Positions 12,677 to 24,836 of a stretch of DNA of 64,000 nt are shown piece after piece (position 1 is the stretch's first letter; each line of letters opens with the position of its first letter). Under the pieces are notes generated by a model. The model was not told where the DNA came from. It worked only from the letters and a program-made list of their open reading frames with translations, and ran no database searches. Source of the stretch: Blepharisma stoltei ATCC 30299 (taxonomy: Eukaryota > Protista > Ciliophora); NCBI GenBank assembly GCA_965603825.1, contig CBFDEM010000051.1:558001-622000 (forward strand), given 5' to 3'. Both the position numbers and the translations under genes were made by a program.

Positions 12677-15013
12677 TTATTCCCTGTATTGCACATATAA
12701 TTTTTGCCTCTTTATCTTAGATATCACATTTTCATCACTAATTTTACAAGCACTAAAAAATTTTCATAGCCATCTTATAGCTGCTTCCTCAGTTCCTCCA
12801 AAATCTGCTTGATAAGTTTGGAACAATTTCGGTAAAATTAGCTCTTCTACAGATAAGTTTAAACAAACTTCTCTATTGCAATACTCCTCAGTCTTTTTTT
12901 CCAATATATCATCAACTCCTTCATGAAAATCAATTATAGGCTGCATTGGATATGGTGGATCCTGACATACGATCAACACTCTTGGATCTTGATGATTTGG
13001 CAGCATATTTCTTGGATCTGAGTTATAAAAAAACCTCGTATAGCTGCCTGGTGGCTTTTTATTTCCTCTTAACACTCCATGCTTCAGCTCTTTTAAAGTG
13101 TAGTTTAAAAAATTGATACAATAATAAAAATTGTCAGCTGGATCTTTAAACCACCCTGCCTTTGTATCTCCCAGCTCAATCATTTGGTGCAGAGCCATGA
13201 TTTGATAAACTGCTAAAAAGAACTCAACTTTTTCATTTCTCGTTAAATTTCTAGTCTCTACTCTTTGCAGCTCTCCAACTGCTCTAATTAGTTCTCTATA
13301 TTCATTGCTGCTTCTTATAGTTTCCACATCATCTTTATACTGACTTATAATTTGATTAGCAATTTGCACCAAATCTCTTACAACAACATGAGGAACACGC
13401 ACATCTTTGCTTCACAAATAGATCATGTTGCGAGCTACATCAGTTCTGTCTTCTCTAAACTGATAGAATAAAGTTTGAGAGAAAAGGGACTGTCCATCAA
13501 TATTATGAATTAAGCCTTGCTCAAGCATTTCTTGCCCTGCATTTCTTGACTGGTCTAAGGTGTATTTATATTTGCTTTGCAAATATTCTAATAAGTCATT
13601 TCCTGTAAAGACCCTTTGGTAAGTTTTACCAAACCAGCCAATTTTTTTGTCTTGGAGGCTCATTTCTGAGCGAGCAAAGCTCGCTATATCACTAACTTGG
13701 ATTATATTTGGTTTTGGAGCATTGCCTGCTTTTTTACGATTTCGAGGATCATGATCAAAAAGAGGCATAATTGTGTCAGCACATGAAGTTTCTTCCACGA
13801 ATTTTGTGATGTGTTCTTTGACAATTGGCATATTAGCTAAGTCCCAAACTGTAGGTCGTCTATTTGGATCCTTATTCAGCATTTGAGATACAAGCAACTT
13901 TATATTAGTATCAACGTAATCTGGCAATGGCTGATACTCTTTGTTTAAAACTACATCAATCAAGCTCTGGACATCTTTTCCTTCAAATGGTCGTTTAAAT
14001 GTAGCCATTTCATATAGTACACATCCAAGCGACCAAATATCTGTCTTTTGTCCATATTTTTCCTGCCTCAGGATTTCTGGTGCCATACTATAAGGAGTCC
14101 CAGCCACACTTTGAGCCATTTCATAAGAGTTACTTAGGCTCTTCGCAATTCCTAAGTCTCCTACCTTAATAACATTCCCTTGCAAAAATAGATTTTCAGT
14201 TTTCAAGTCTCTATGAAGTACATGTTTGCTGTGCATAATCATCAAGGCAATAATAATTTGGGCAAACCACATGATTATTTGTTCATCACTCAGTCTCTCT
14301 CCTCTGTTTCTCAGTTCTTGCAATTTTTCGCTCAGACATCCTCCTGAGGCGAACTCCATGCAAATGTACAAAGTTTGCTCTTCAACAATTTGCTCGTGAA
14401 ACTGAATTATAGTAGGGCCTACTAGAACTCTCATAAGTGTCGCTTCATTTTCTGCGTTCCTTCGGTCTCTTTCATTAGATAAAAATTGCATATCGATTTT
14501 CTTTAAGGCTAGTAATTCCCCTGTGCTTTTTTTTCTTACTAAATCGACTGATGCAAAAGCCCCTCTTCCGAGAGTCCTAATTCTTTCATATGCTTTAAGC
14601 CCAGTTTCAACTGTAGGTGAGTTTTTCGGACGGATTTTTAATTGATTAACTACGGTTTTGACGGCTCCTGGCCTGATAGGCTTGATCAGGTAATCCAGGG
14701 CACCAAGATCCAAGCTTGCATACACTTTGTCCATTTCGCTATGTGCTGAAAGCATGACGACAGGGATATCTTTGAGGTCTGGTGTTTCCTTTAGCTTTCC
14801 CAGAAGCTCGAGACCGTCCATTCCTGGGAGCTCTAAGTCAAGAAGGACCAAGTCGTAGGTGGATCCTTTTTGTTTTAAAAGTTCTCAAGCCATATGCCCA
14901 TCTTCAGCTGTCTCTACTTCGTAATCAAGCAGAGAGAGTATATCAATCATTGCAAGACGCTGGAATGGCTCGTCTTCAACAACTAATATATGAATTAAAG
15001 CTTCATCAACCAT
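12677..15013 (-). CDS. Multidomain protein: response-regulator receiver + NEK-family kinase + DEP + DUF547-like
   Basis: Joined via TGA at 14885, 13412 and 12764. REC: VVEDE, LLDLELPGMDG, LIKP. Kinase: GRGAFA, HRDLK, DLG, GTPYSMAPE. DEP: FTGNDLLEYL..GLIH..FYQF. DUF547: HGVLRGN, DPR, YQADFG. Confidence 0.85.
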
Positions 15014-15074
15014 TTGACTAATAAATATATGATTATTAAATGGAAGTTCAGAATGAATTTTTGTGCTAATAACA

Positions 15075-15776
15075 TTAAGTTTTGCTGGAAACAACAGACT
15101 TTAATTCTTGCAAGTATTTTTCTTGAAGCTTTGTTTTCATTTCAAGCCTCGAAAGAAGCTCCTTTTCACGTTCTTTTAAAGCTTTTATTTCAGTCCAATT
15201 TTGAATTGTTCTGGTTTTTTCGTCAGAAAGTTTCTCTTTAATGCGAGATGGGCCTGGCGAGCTTTCTACGCTTGACTTATTATATGTGCTTGATAACTCT
15301 TTAAAGTTATTTTGGCACATAGGGCCAAGCGAGTTTCTCTTTTGTTTTGTCAGAAAATCCTTAAGCTCTCTAACCGTCCTTTTCCTTTCTTCTAATACTA
15401 TCCCTTTATGTTTCATGATTATTTCTTTATTTTCTAGTCTTTTTTGATTGTTCCTTTGCCTCAATGTCTCCAATTGCTGCATTTTCATCATCTCATATTG
15501 CTTTTTGTCAGCTTTTTCTTTGCGTTTTCTATTTTTTAGCTCATTCACACTATCAATATGTTGCTTTGCTAAATCAATTTTTTTCTGGGTCTTTTGTTCT
15601 TCTTTTTCTAGCTGCTTTATGCGATTTTGCATAGAAATTAGATGCTCAGTTACTTTCTTCCGTTCGACAAAGGCATTAAATAAATCAAGCCCTTCTGAAT
15701 TTGTTTGTCTAAAGAAAGAGACTTTTGAATCTCTAGGAGATAACGAATAAGGAGAGCGAAGAGAAGTTTTTGACAT
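15075..15776 (-). CDS. Coiled-coil hypothetical protein
   Basis: 233-aa K/E/Q-rich ORF, ATG to TAA. Confidence 0.7.
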   Translation of the reverse strand: MSKTSLRSPYSLSPRDSKVSFFRQTNSEGLDLFNAFVERKKVTEHLISMQNRIKQLEKEEQKTQKKIDLAKQHIDSVNELKNRKRKEKADKKQYEMMKMQQLETLRQRNNQKRLENKEIIMKHKGIVLEERKRTVRELKDFLTKQKRNSLGPMCQNNFKELSSTYNKSSVESSPGPSRIKEKLSDEKTRTIQNWTEIKALKEREKELLSRLEMKTKLQEKYLQELKSVVSSKT

Positions 15777-16014
15777 TTTAGATTTAATTATTGATTAATT
15801 TAATTAATGCAATTTCATATCTAATTTAATTGGTCTTAATGGAACTGAGTTTCTTATCTTTGAAAAATGAATTTTTTTATGTTCACCTTTATCATAATTA
15901 TCACTTAGACTTTTTTCCAAAACAATTGATTAATTTTTATTATTAATGCTGAATTTATATGGTTTAAATAAAATTTTATAAATAGCTAGAAGTTAATCTA
16001 AACGGAATAATGAA

Positions 16015-16833
16015 TTAGATTACATGTCTTTTCCTCAGAAATGAATTGCTTCTCGCAAATTCTTTAGTCGGCCTAATTTTAGGCAAGTATTCAATTTGGT
16101 TTACACTTTTTTCTCGGACTTTTACTGCAGGAGACATAGTTTCGTCTATTGGCTTCATAGCGGCAGAATTGCAAATTTCTTTAAAGTCTTGGAAATCTTG
16201 AAAATCTCTTCTATGAGTAGAAGGCTCAGAAAAGTCTGCATCCATGAAAACTCCAAGCCTCAAACTGCTTTTTGATCTTTTCGGTGCTAAATATTCTTTT
16301 TCTTTATAGCTTGACCCATACGTCGTTAGATCGTTGAATTTTAATTCATCACTATGCAGATTGTGAGGATAAGGACTAAAGGATCGTTCTTTAAGAGGAC
16401 TATAGTTTTTATAGGAAACTTTATAGGTAGATCTTGTATCAAGTTTTGCAATATTCGGATTATATTTTTTTTTAGTAAATTTTATAGGACTAATTTGATG
16501 TTCTTTGTATTCCAATCTATAGCTTGAATTGGAATTAAATGGATATTTAGATAGCGAATAACAAGAATCAAATGATCGGTTTACCTTGTAACTGGGAATC
16601 TTAATATATTGGTATTCTGAATTATAAGAAGATTGCAATTTTATAGGAATTTGACGAAATATTTTTCTGCTAGGGCACTTGTGCTTACCACAAGTGCATT
16701 TATGGCAGAGACAAAGCCCAACGTTATGGTCATTTTCTGTAACAATTCCTAAGTCTGGATCATCAAGCAAACAGCCTTGGTCTATATTTATATGGGAGTT
16801 AGAACTAACTGGCATTTGCAAATCCATATTCAT
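16015..16833 (-). CDS. SAXO/STOP-like (FAM154) axonemal microtubule-stabilising protein
   Basis: N-terminal CLCHKCTCGKHKC motif and repeated S/T-T-Y-x-x-x-Y Mn-like motifs (SSYNSEY, SSYRLEY, STYKVSY, TTYGSSY). Confidence 0.65.
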   Translation of the reverse strand: MNMDLQMPVSSNSHINIDQGCLLDDPDLGIVTENDHNVGLCLCHKCTCGKHKCPSRKIFRQIPIKLQSSYNSEYQYIKIPSYKVNRSFDSCYSLSKYPFNSNSSYRLEYKEHQISPIKFTKKKYNPNIAKLDTRSTYKVSYKNYSPLKERSFSPYPHNLHSDELKFNDLTTYGSSYKEKEYLAPKRSKSSLRLGVFMDADFSEPSTHRRDFQDFQDFKEICNSAAMKPIDETMSPAVKVREKSVNQIEYLPKIRPTKEFARSNSFLRKRHVI

Positions 16834-16849
16834 TTAATTAAAATTAGGG

Positions 16850-18412
16850 TTAAATTATTGCAGTTTGGTCTGTAGTTTTTGAAAACTCTTTATATTTTTT
16901 CTTGTGTAATGCAATTATAGCATTATTTACGTCAATACCAATAATTTCTTTGTTTATATTTAACGTTTCATCAATATTTTTCTTTACTTGAGACAGCTTT
17001 TTTTCAGTATCTTTTATTCTTTTAATAAAATTATCTTTTTCCTGTTGCTTGTTCAAAATTTTTTTCATAGTTGTGTTTAAATTGTATTGGTTTTTTGTGA
17101 AGTTTTCATAGTGATCAGACCTGCGGAGGCTGTTTCATTCTGACAGAAGTTGGGCTTGTTGTGTGTATCATTCTTTGGTTTGCTCGCGAATTTTTTCTCT
17201 ATTTAATTCTTTTACGTCAAATTCTCTGTTTCTCAAGGTTTGCCTTTCTTCTTCTTTCCTCAATTCTTCCATTACTTTTTTCTTCCTTCTTTGGCTAACA
17301 TCACTTAATTTCTCAGCAATTCCTTTAAGATAGTCCTCTCTTTTTTTCTGCTTATTTCTTACTTTTGAGGCTTCTAAAGACTGATTAAGTGTATTTATTT
17401 TTTCTATTGTTTTTTGCTCTTCATAAATTTCGAGTTTGCTTTTGTTTTCCTTTACTTTGTAAGTAAAAGCATTCTTTGAGTTTACTTTTTCTAGCTGAAA
17501 TTTTTTTGCTCTCTTGATCGATTTTTCCATTTTTTGTTGCAGCTTTTCAAGCCTAAAATCAACTTCAACGTCGACTGATAAACCTCAATAGAAAAATTAC
17601 TCATTCATTCTTCTTGATGATGCTCTAGCTGTCAGCGAAGATTTTGATCTCTCATCACTAGCTTCATTAATAACTTCTTCCAACATTAAAGCTTTGGTTT
17701 CATTTTCTTGTATTTCCTATTTCTTTCTTACTACATATTTTCTTTTCAATTTCTCTTGCCTTTTCATATTATTTTCTTGGATTTTTTGCTTTCTTTCAGC
17801 CTCTTTTAATGCTTTATCTTCTTCTAGCTTTTTAAGCTTCATTTCTTGCCTGATTTCTTTGCTTATTATTTCTTTTTCTTTGTTTACTCGAAGGTATTTT
17901 TGGTTATTTTGAACTCTTAGAAATCTGTCTAATTTTTGCTGTTGCAGCAAAACTTGACGCTGGGTAGTAGTTAAAGGGCTAATTGGGTAACGGGGAGTAA
18001 CATCTGGCTCTTTATGAATAACACTAAGACTACGCTTAATTCTTAATGGAGAAGGGGAATTCGTGCTTACTCTTGAATCGTCTGGGGAGTTAGTTGCACT
18101 ATCAAATTTGTGAGCAAACAGTCCTTTTGAAAATAAGGTATTCGATAAGATTTCAATTTTAGCTTGACGGCGAGCTTCATAATGGCTATAACGGAGCATT
18201 TGAACCTCCATTGTTGAGTTTTTATCAGAAAATTCCTCAATTGGTTTAGGTTGTAACTCATTCGGGGAAAGACCAAGTTCGTTTAATGTTGGAACCAGAA
18301 GTGGATGAATGTAATTGACTTTCTTCATAAAAGAGTGTATTAATTTAAGCTGATGCTTATCAGACGTGGATTTAGGAGCGGCACTAGTGTTGCTTAAAGC
18401 TCGAGTTTCCAT
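16850..18412 (-). CDS. Coiled-coil hypothetical protein (two introns, two TGA-Trp)
   Basis: One reading frame runs from 18412 to 16850. It is interrupted by a 15-nt intron (17717-17731), an atypical intron starting at 17600, and TGA at 17168 and 17135. Confidence 0.7.
17717..17731 (-). other. 15-nt spliceosomal intron
   Basis: GTAAGAAAGAAATAG; A at position 10; removes in-frame TAG and restores the ORF. Confidence 0.8.
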
Positions 18413-19070
18413 TATAAAATATAATGGAATATCAATAAATTTTGATATGCCATTAATTTGCTCGATGATGCTATAATCTTGTGAAGTTAGTATAAATTAG
18501 ACTAATAAGATTATTACTATCTTTTATATATAAATTTTACAAATTTGACTGAAATTGAAAGTATAATTGATTTATAATATATTGCCCATTTAGCTGGATC
18601 AACAAATTTCGTTTTCATCTGCCCTTTTAGCTTTGTTTATATCATCAATCAAACTATACACATTTTCATTTCAGTTTTAGCTGCGCTTTTATATCTTCAA
18701 ATAAATGCCTTATATTTTTTATGCAAGCAATCTTCCTCGTTATCTGAGCTAAGATTGCATCTCTAGGTATTCATGAATCATCTTTATTTGGCGGTTAGCT
18801 TGCTCTTCGGCGAATGGGATATCCTCGCAGCTGGATTTATAAGTGCTTAGCTCGGTTTTTGCAGTCTCCCTGCATAAGAAAAATAATTTTTGAACTTGGA
18901 ATTCTTAGTTATCTAAGTAAATATTCAAATTTCGTGATTGCTATTAAAAATTCCCAAAAAATAAACATTATATTATAATGTAATTCCATTTATAAAATTG
19001 ATGCTATGAATAATTATTATTTATATAATTTTCCTTACATGTCCCATTTTCAATTCAAATTCTAATATAA

Positions 19071-21302
19071 ATGGCTTCCAAAAAAGTCGAGAGCGTAAAA
19101 GTAGCAGTCCGATGTCGTCCAATGAGCGAAAAAGAGATTGTTGATGGCAGAGCATGCATAGTCCAAGTTGATGCAAAAAGAGGCGAGTTAATTGTCGCCA
19201 ATCCTAAGCCAGATACAAGTGAGCCTCCTCGCCAATTCACATATGACAATACATACGGGCAGGATTCAGCTCAAGAACAAATCTATTGTGATACTGCCTA
19301 TCCAATTGTGCAAAGTGTGCTAGAAGGCTATAACGGCACAATTTTTGCTTATGGACAAACCGGAACAGGCAAAACCTTCACAATGGAAGGTAAAGAGGAA
19401 CCTCAGGAAAACCGTGGTATTATCCCACGTGCCTTCGAACAAATTTTTTATGGTGTCGATCAGCATCCTCAAACTCAGTTTTTAATTCGTGCATCTTTCT
19501 TAGAAATTTATAATGAAGATGTCCATGACTTATTATCAAAATCATCCAAAAATAAGCTTGACATTAAAGAAAGCCCAGACAGCGGATTTTATGTAAAAGA
19601 TTTAACTACATGTGTTGTCAAAGGAATTGAAGATATGAAAGCTGTGATGGACTTGGGCAAAGGAAACAGGCATGTTGGCGAAACCTTAATGAATAGAGAT
19701 TCATCAAGGTCTCATAGCATTTTCACTATCACAATAGAAAGCAGTGAATCAGATAATACAGGGATTAACCATTATAAGGTCGGAAAACTAAATTTAGTCG
19801 ATTTGGCAGGAAGTGAAAGACAAAGCAAAACTGGATCTACAGGAGATAGGCTAAAGGAAGCCACCAATATCAATAAGTCCTTACTAACTTTAGGAAACGT
19901 TATTTCTGCTCTTGTAGATGGAGCTTCAACTCATATCCCATACAGAGATTCTAAGCTCACAAAACTTCTTCAAGACTCATTAGGTGGCAACACAAAAACT
20001 GTAATGATTGCTAATATTGGCCCTGCTGACTGAAATTATGATGAAACCTTATCCACCCTTCGTTACGCAAATAGAGCCAAAAATATCCAAAATAAGCCAA
20101 AAATTAATGAAGACCCAAAAGACGCTATGCTTAGAGAGCTTCAAGATGAAATTGCAAGACTAAGAGCCCAGTTAGGCGACGGAACCTTAACAGCAGAACA
20201 GCTGTCTATGGGAGGACAAATTTTGCAAGCAGGAGACCCTCAGGTAGTTGAAGTCGAAAAAATAATTCGTGTTGAAGACAAGGCAAAAATTAAAGCAATT
20301 GAGGACAAAATCGTAAGGGAAAAAGAAGAAATTTTGTTGCAAACTGAAGAAAAGAAAAAAGAAATTGAGGCGCAAAAGGATATAGCTGAAAGTGAGAAGA
20401 AAAAACTTATAGAGGAACTCCAAAAAGAAGCTGAAGAACAGCAGATAGCCCAAGAAAAGCAATCAAAATTGTTAAAGAAGCTGAAACAAATGGAGCAAAA
20501 AGTTATCAGTGGGGCGCAGATCATGGAGCAAGCTGTTAGGCAAGAGCAGGAACTGCAGAAAGCAAGAATGGAGCTCGAAATGAGAGAGCAGCAAGAACAA
20601 CAGCTGAATCAAGATATAAATGACAGGGAAACTGAAAATACAGAAATGCTCAATAACTTCAATTCTAAGCATGAGGAAATTGCTGATAAGGATAAAAAAC
20701 TCAAAAAATTGTACTCCAAATTCCAAAGTGCCCAGGATGAGATGAAAGACATCCAAGCAGAATTTGCACAGGAGCGCCAAGATTTAATCGATACAATAAA
20801 TGTGCTTAAGCAGCAAGTTTGCTTAAAAAACCTGGTTTTAACAAGCTTTATCCCTCAAGACCAACTGTCTTTAATAGAAAGCTTTGCACAGTGGAACGAA
20901 GAAGGTGAAGAATGGATCTTGCCAAGGCTAGATTTGGCAGGAAATAACTTACGTGGCCCGGGTGCTGGAAAAATCAAGAAAAAATCCAAGAAAAATGAAA
21001 AAGAATACGACGGGGCCGTGTCACAAAGAGTGCAAACAGTTGTGCAAAGCATACTGCAAGAATACAGCGAAGATCCTATGGTGATGCCTATAGAAGCCAA
21101 CCCTACAGTCTATTTTATGTACACTGATGAAGGGGCTATGAGAGCTGACAGTGAGCAGTCAGAGTCGAAACCTAAAAGACTTAAAAGCGCAAAAAGGCCT
21201 GCAAGTGGCAAAAAATCAAGCGCGCCAAAAGAAAACCCTCAGCCGAAGCCTGAAGAAGCTTACCCTCAAGCAAGAGGCTTAGTTAGTGCTAAAAGACGAT
21301 AA
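19071..21302 (+). CDS. KIF3: Kinesin-2 motor subunit (KIF3/FLA10-like, IFT motor)
   Basis: [19 protein letters not shown]; TGA 20031-20033 gives [22 protein letters not shown]; C-terminal YPQARGLV. Confidence 0.93.
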
Positions 21303-21303
21303 G

Positions 21304-22248
21304 TTACTTAATCCCTTCATTATTCTTAAACACCTCTTGCCTATGGGTATAGAGCATTTCAGTCTGCTCTTTCTTGGCTCTCCAGTAATCCTCTGCATAC
21401 TGCTTTGCGCCTTCTTCCAATACAGCTTCTTCTATATCTTCTCTTGCAATAATGATCCCTTTTTTTCTATTCTCCTTATCTATTTGTATCACTTTTCTTT
21501 TAAGCATTAAATGCTGTTGCTGTCTGCCTTTCGCTGTCATAGTGCTGGTTTCAGCTTGTAGATCTGATAAATCACAGCCTCCATGGAAAAAGTCATTTCT
21601 TAACTTAGCAGCCAACATAGCTGGGAATTTTCCTTTCATCATGATTTTATATATATCTTCTGGGCTTTTTTCTTCTAAAGTGATCCTCACTTGCACTCTT
21701 GCACTTTCGCCACGTGCTGCAAGCCCTTTTGCATGAAATTTTACAAAACGCCCTGGTGTATTCCTGCCTACTTCAATAGTTTTGATGAATAATCTGTCGA
21801 CAGACAAATTTTTGTGAGTAGTCGCATTGTGGACGGCTGCATTTAATAGTCGTAATAGATAATCAGCTGCCTTCTTGTAAGAAAGAGCTATGAGCTTGTA
21901 TTCAGCGTCTGCAACGTGGATTCGTTTGAGGATGTGAAGCAGTGGGACGATTTTTTTCATGCTGGAGGGGATTTTCTTTCGAAGTGCGACTGCAACTCTT
22001 GGGACAACTGGAGGCTTCTCGACGACCACTTTGTGAAAAGGTGGAGGAGGAGGGACGAAAGAAGACTCAGGAGGAGTAAATGTAAGAGAAATAGTTGGAG
22101 GTGGGGTAAAAGTTTTTTGGGATGGATGGATGATAAGACCACGATCTGTGTAATGTTGAATTGGCTTTGGGTGGTCTTTTTTAAAGATGAGATGGACAGA
22201 GGAAAGGTTGAACCAAGATCGATACCCTCTTGCTATTTTTGAGAGCAT
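21304..22248 (-). CDS. MRPL22: Mitochondrial ribosomal protein uL22
   Basis: L22 core SMKK..AVHNA..LFIKTIEVGR...HAKG; presequence-like N-terminus. Confidence 0.75.
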   Translation of the reverse strand: MLSKIARGYRSWFNLSSVHLIFKKDHPKPIQHYTDRGLIIHPSQKTFTPPPTISLTFTPPESSFVPPPPPFHKVVVEKPPVVPRVAVALRKKIPSSMKKIVPLLHILKRIHVADAEYKLIALSYKKAADYLLRLLNAAVHNATTHKNLSVDRLFIKTIEVGRNTPGRFVKFHAKGLAARGESARVQVRITLEEKSPEDIYKIMMKGKFPAMLAAKLRNDFFHGGCDLSDLQAETSTMTAKGRQQQHLMLKRKVIQIDKENRKKGIIIAREDIEEAVLEEGAKQYAEDYWRAKKEQTEMLYTHRQEVFKNNEGIK

Positions 22249-22498
22249 TTTTATGATGAGAAAGTTAGATTAGATTTCGAATTATGAGGCTTAATAATAT
22301 AATAGAGTCGAGGTATTCTAATTTTCTTCAAATGAGTCGATGTATTTATGAAGTGAAGTAAAAGAATTAAATGCTCATTATGTAATTAATATTGTGTATA
22401 ATGCAATAAAATCAATATTTACGGCTTTTTCAATATTTTAAATTGATCAAATTTATTTTTTTGATAGTGTTATATTGTTATATTTAATTTATTTTAAA

Positions 22499-24520
22499 TT
22501 AGATATGAGGATCTTCATAAAGCTTATCAATGATAGCTTTATTCTTTTTATGGACTACACTTCTCTTTAATTTCATAGTTGGAGTCAAATCTCCGCCAGC
22601 AACTGAAAATTCTTGCGGAAGGAAAGCCCATTTTTTGATTTGATGTACTCTTGAAACAGCATGTTTATTATAATGATCAATTGCATGCTGAATATATTTA
22701 TGCACTAATGGACACTCCATAGCTGTTTTATTTTCAGATGCCGGACTCCCGAATGATTTCAAAATTGAGATGACCTCTGGAGTTAAATTTTCTGACAGAC
22801 TTCCATCAGAGTTTGGAACTCTCTTTAAAGTCAAAAGTAAAGCAAGATATTTCTTAGCATCACCAACACAAAGTACTGAATTTGCAATTTTACAAAGTGA
22901 TTTGATTTCATCTTCAATCAGAACTGGAGGAATGTTTTCACCTCCCGCCGTAATAATCAGCTCCTTGATTCTTCCAGTTATCGTAAAAAATCCATCCCTG
23001 TCCATAAACCCTTCATCCCCAGAGTGCAAAAATCCTTGAGAATCAATCGTTTCTCTCGTGCTTTTTTCATTTTTCAAGTACCCCAAAAATCTATTTCTTC
23101 CTTTATACACAATTTCTCCAATTTCCCCACATGGTAGTTTCTCCCCTTTGGAATTCACAATTTTTGCTTCACATCCTCTTAATGGTTTTCCAACGCTTCA
23201 AACTGAGCACTCATATATTGTATTCATCATCAATGGAGAAGCAGCTTCAGACATCCCAAAAAGATTTGTTAAAGGTATTCCAACTGATAAAAAGAACTCA
23301 AGGGTTACTTTACCAAGTGGAGCTGCCCCAAATAAAAACGTTTTGCATCTCTCAAAACCTAATGCTTCTTTGAGAGGCTGGAAAAATAAAGAATTTGCAA
23401 TATGGTAATTATGAGGAAGAGGCTTTTTCTCAAACAACAAAAGCATTGATTTTAGTCCTATTTCTCTTGCCCAGGCAATCATTTTCTTTTGGCTAGGTGT
23501 GCTTGCAGCAATCATACGCTTGATTGACTCTTCAATTTTTTCATATATTCTTGGGACACCCCAAAAGAAGGTGGGTCTGTATTCTTTTAGAGCTGGGCCA
23601 ATACCAGTTTGAAGAGCTGATTCATCTGGAAAATTCACACAGCCTTTAGCTAGAATAACTGTAAAAAAGTCAAAACACTGAGCAGCCACATGACTGTAGG
23701 GAAGATATGAGAAAAATTGTTCATCAGTTCCACTGGTTCTGTACTTTTCTAGAGTTCTTTTGGCAGCGAAAATATAATTGTCGTGGCTAAGAAGAACTCC
23801 TTTAGGAGGTCCAGTTGTGCCTGAAGTATAAACAATAGTGACCGCTTGAGTTGCTCTTATTGAATTTATGCGATTTTCTATTTCTTGAGGATCAACATCT
23901 GAGCCTAAGTTCATGAACTCCTCCCATGAAAATACAGGTCTTTCTCCTTTGTATTCTTTTAAATCAGTCTTTGGGGCAAAAACCACAATTCCTTTTACTT
24001 TAGGGAGCTTATCTCATATATGCAGATATTTCTTTAAATGAGACTCGTTTTCTACAACCACAAGCTCAGCTTCGCTATGCTCCGCAATATAAAGGCAATT
24101 TTCACTTCCACTTGTAGTGTAAACTCCAACTGGAACACAATTTGCAAGGATGGCACCAGAAAAAGCAATTATCCATTCTGGTGAATTAAATCCAATTATG
24201 TTAATTGCTTGTCTCTGTGCAATTCCTAGACAAATCAGTGATACAGAAAATTGGAGAGATTGAGAATAAAATTCTTGGTAATTATAAGTTACGGTGGAGC
24301 TGTTACGCTTAGCTCTTAAGAAAGTTTTAAACGGAGATGCTATCACTGCTTCTTGAATAATTTGGGCATAAGTGAGAGGTTCCTCATAGGGCATATTTGA
24401 TGACATTATGATTGGAAGTTCATCATTGATCCCTGTGACCCAATATAAATATTTACCGTCGTCTTTTGGAAGGATTGATCTAGTAGCATTGTCTGAAAAC
24501 CAATAATGCTTGGACTCCAT
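22499..24520 (-). CDS. ACSBG: Long-chain acyl-CoA synthetase, bubblegum (ACSBG) family
   Basis: Joined through TGA at 24014 and 23198; IIGFNSPEW, YTSGTTGPPKG, GRIKELIITAGGENIPP, LTPTMKLKR. Confidence 0.9.
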
Positions 24521-24795
24521 TTATATAAGTTATATGATAAAAAATTTCAGTTATAAATTTTAGGTTTATATTAATTTGATTTCAGATTAATTATATTTGT
24601 TGTTTAAGTCATATATGCTTATTTAATTTTATTTCCATGAAAATGTTTTTTGCTAATTTTCTAGGCTCATTTATATAATTTCTTTTCTTTTTGAGTGACA
24701 GAGTCAAAAATGAATTCAAATGCAAAATCCTATATTTCATGTGGAACAAATTCAGAGCTAAAAGAAAAAAGAGCATTTGTTTGTATTTATTTTGA

Positions 24796-24836
24796 GATCT
24801 TCATAAACTTATCAATGGTAGCTTTTATTTTTATGG
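24796..24836 (-). pseudogene. Degenerate ~40-bp copy of the 3' end of the neighbouring ACSBG CDS
   Basis: gatcttcataaacttatcaatggtagcttttatttttatgg vs 22510-22553 gatcttcataaagcttatcaatgatagctttattctttttatgg; same orientation, with indels. Confidence 0.6.

Noticed and set aside
14640-15013. Receiver domain as bacterial contamination
   Set aside because: It uses TGA-Trp and is fused in frame to a eukaryotic NEK kinase among intron-bearing genes
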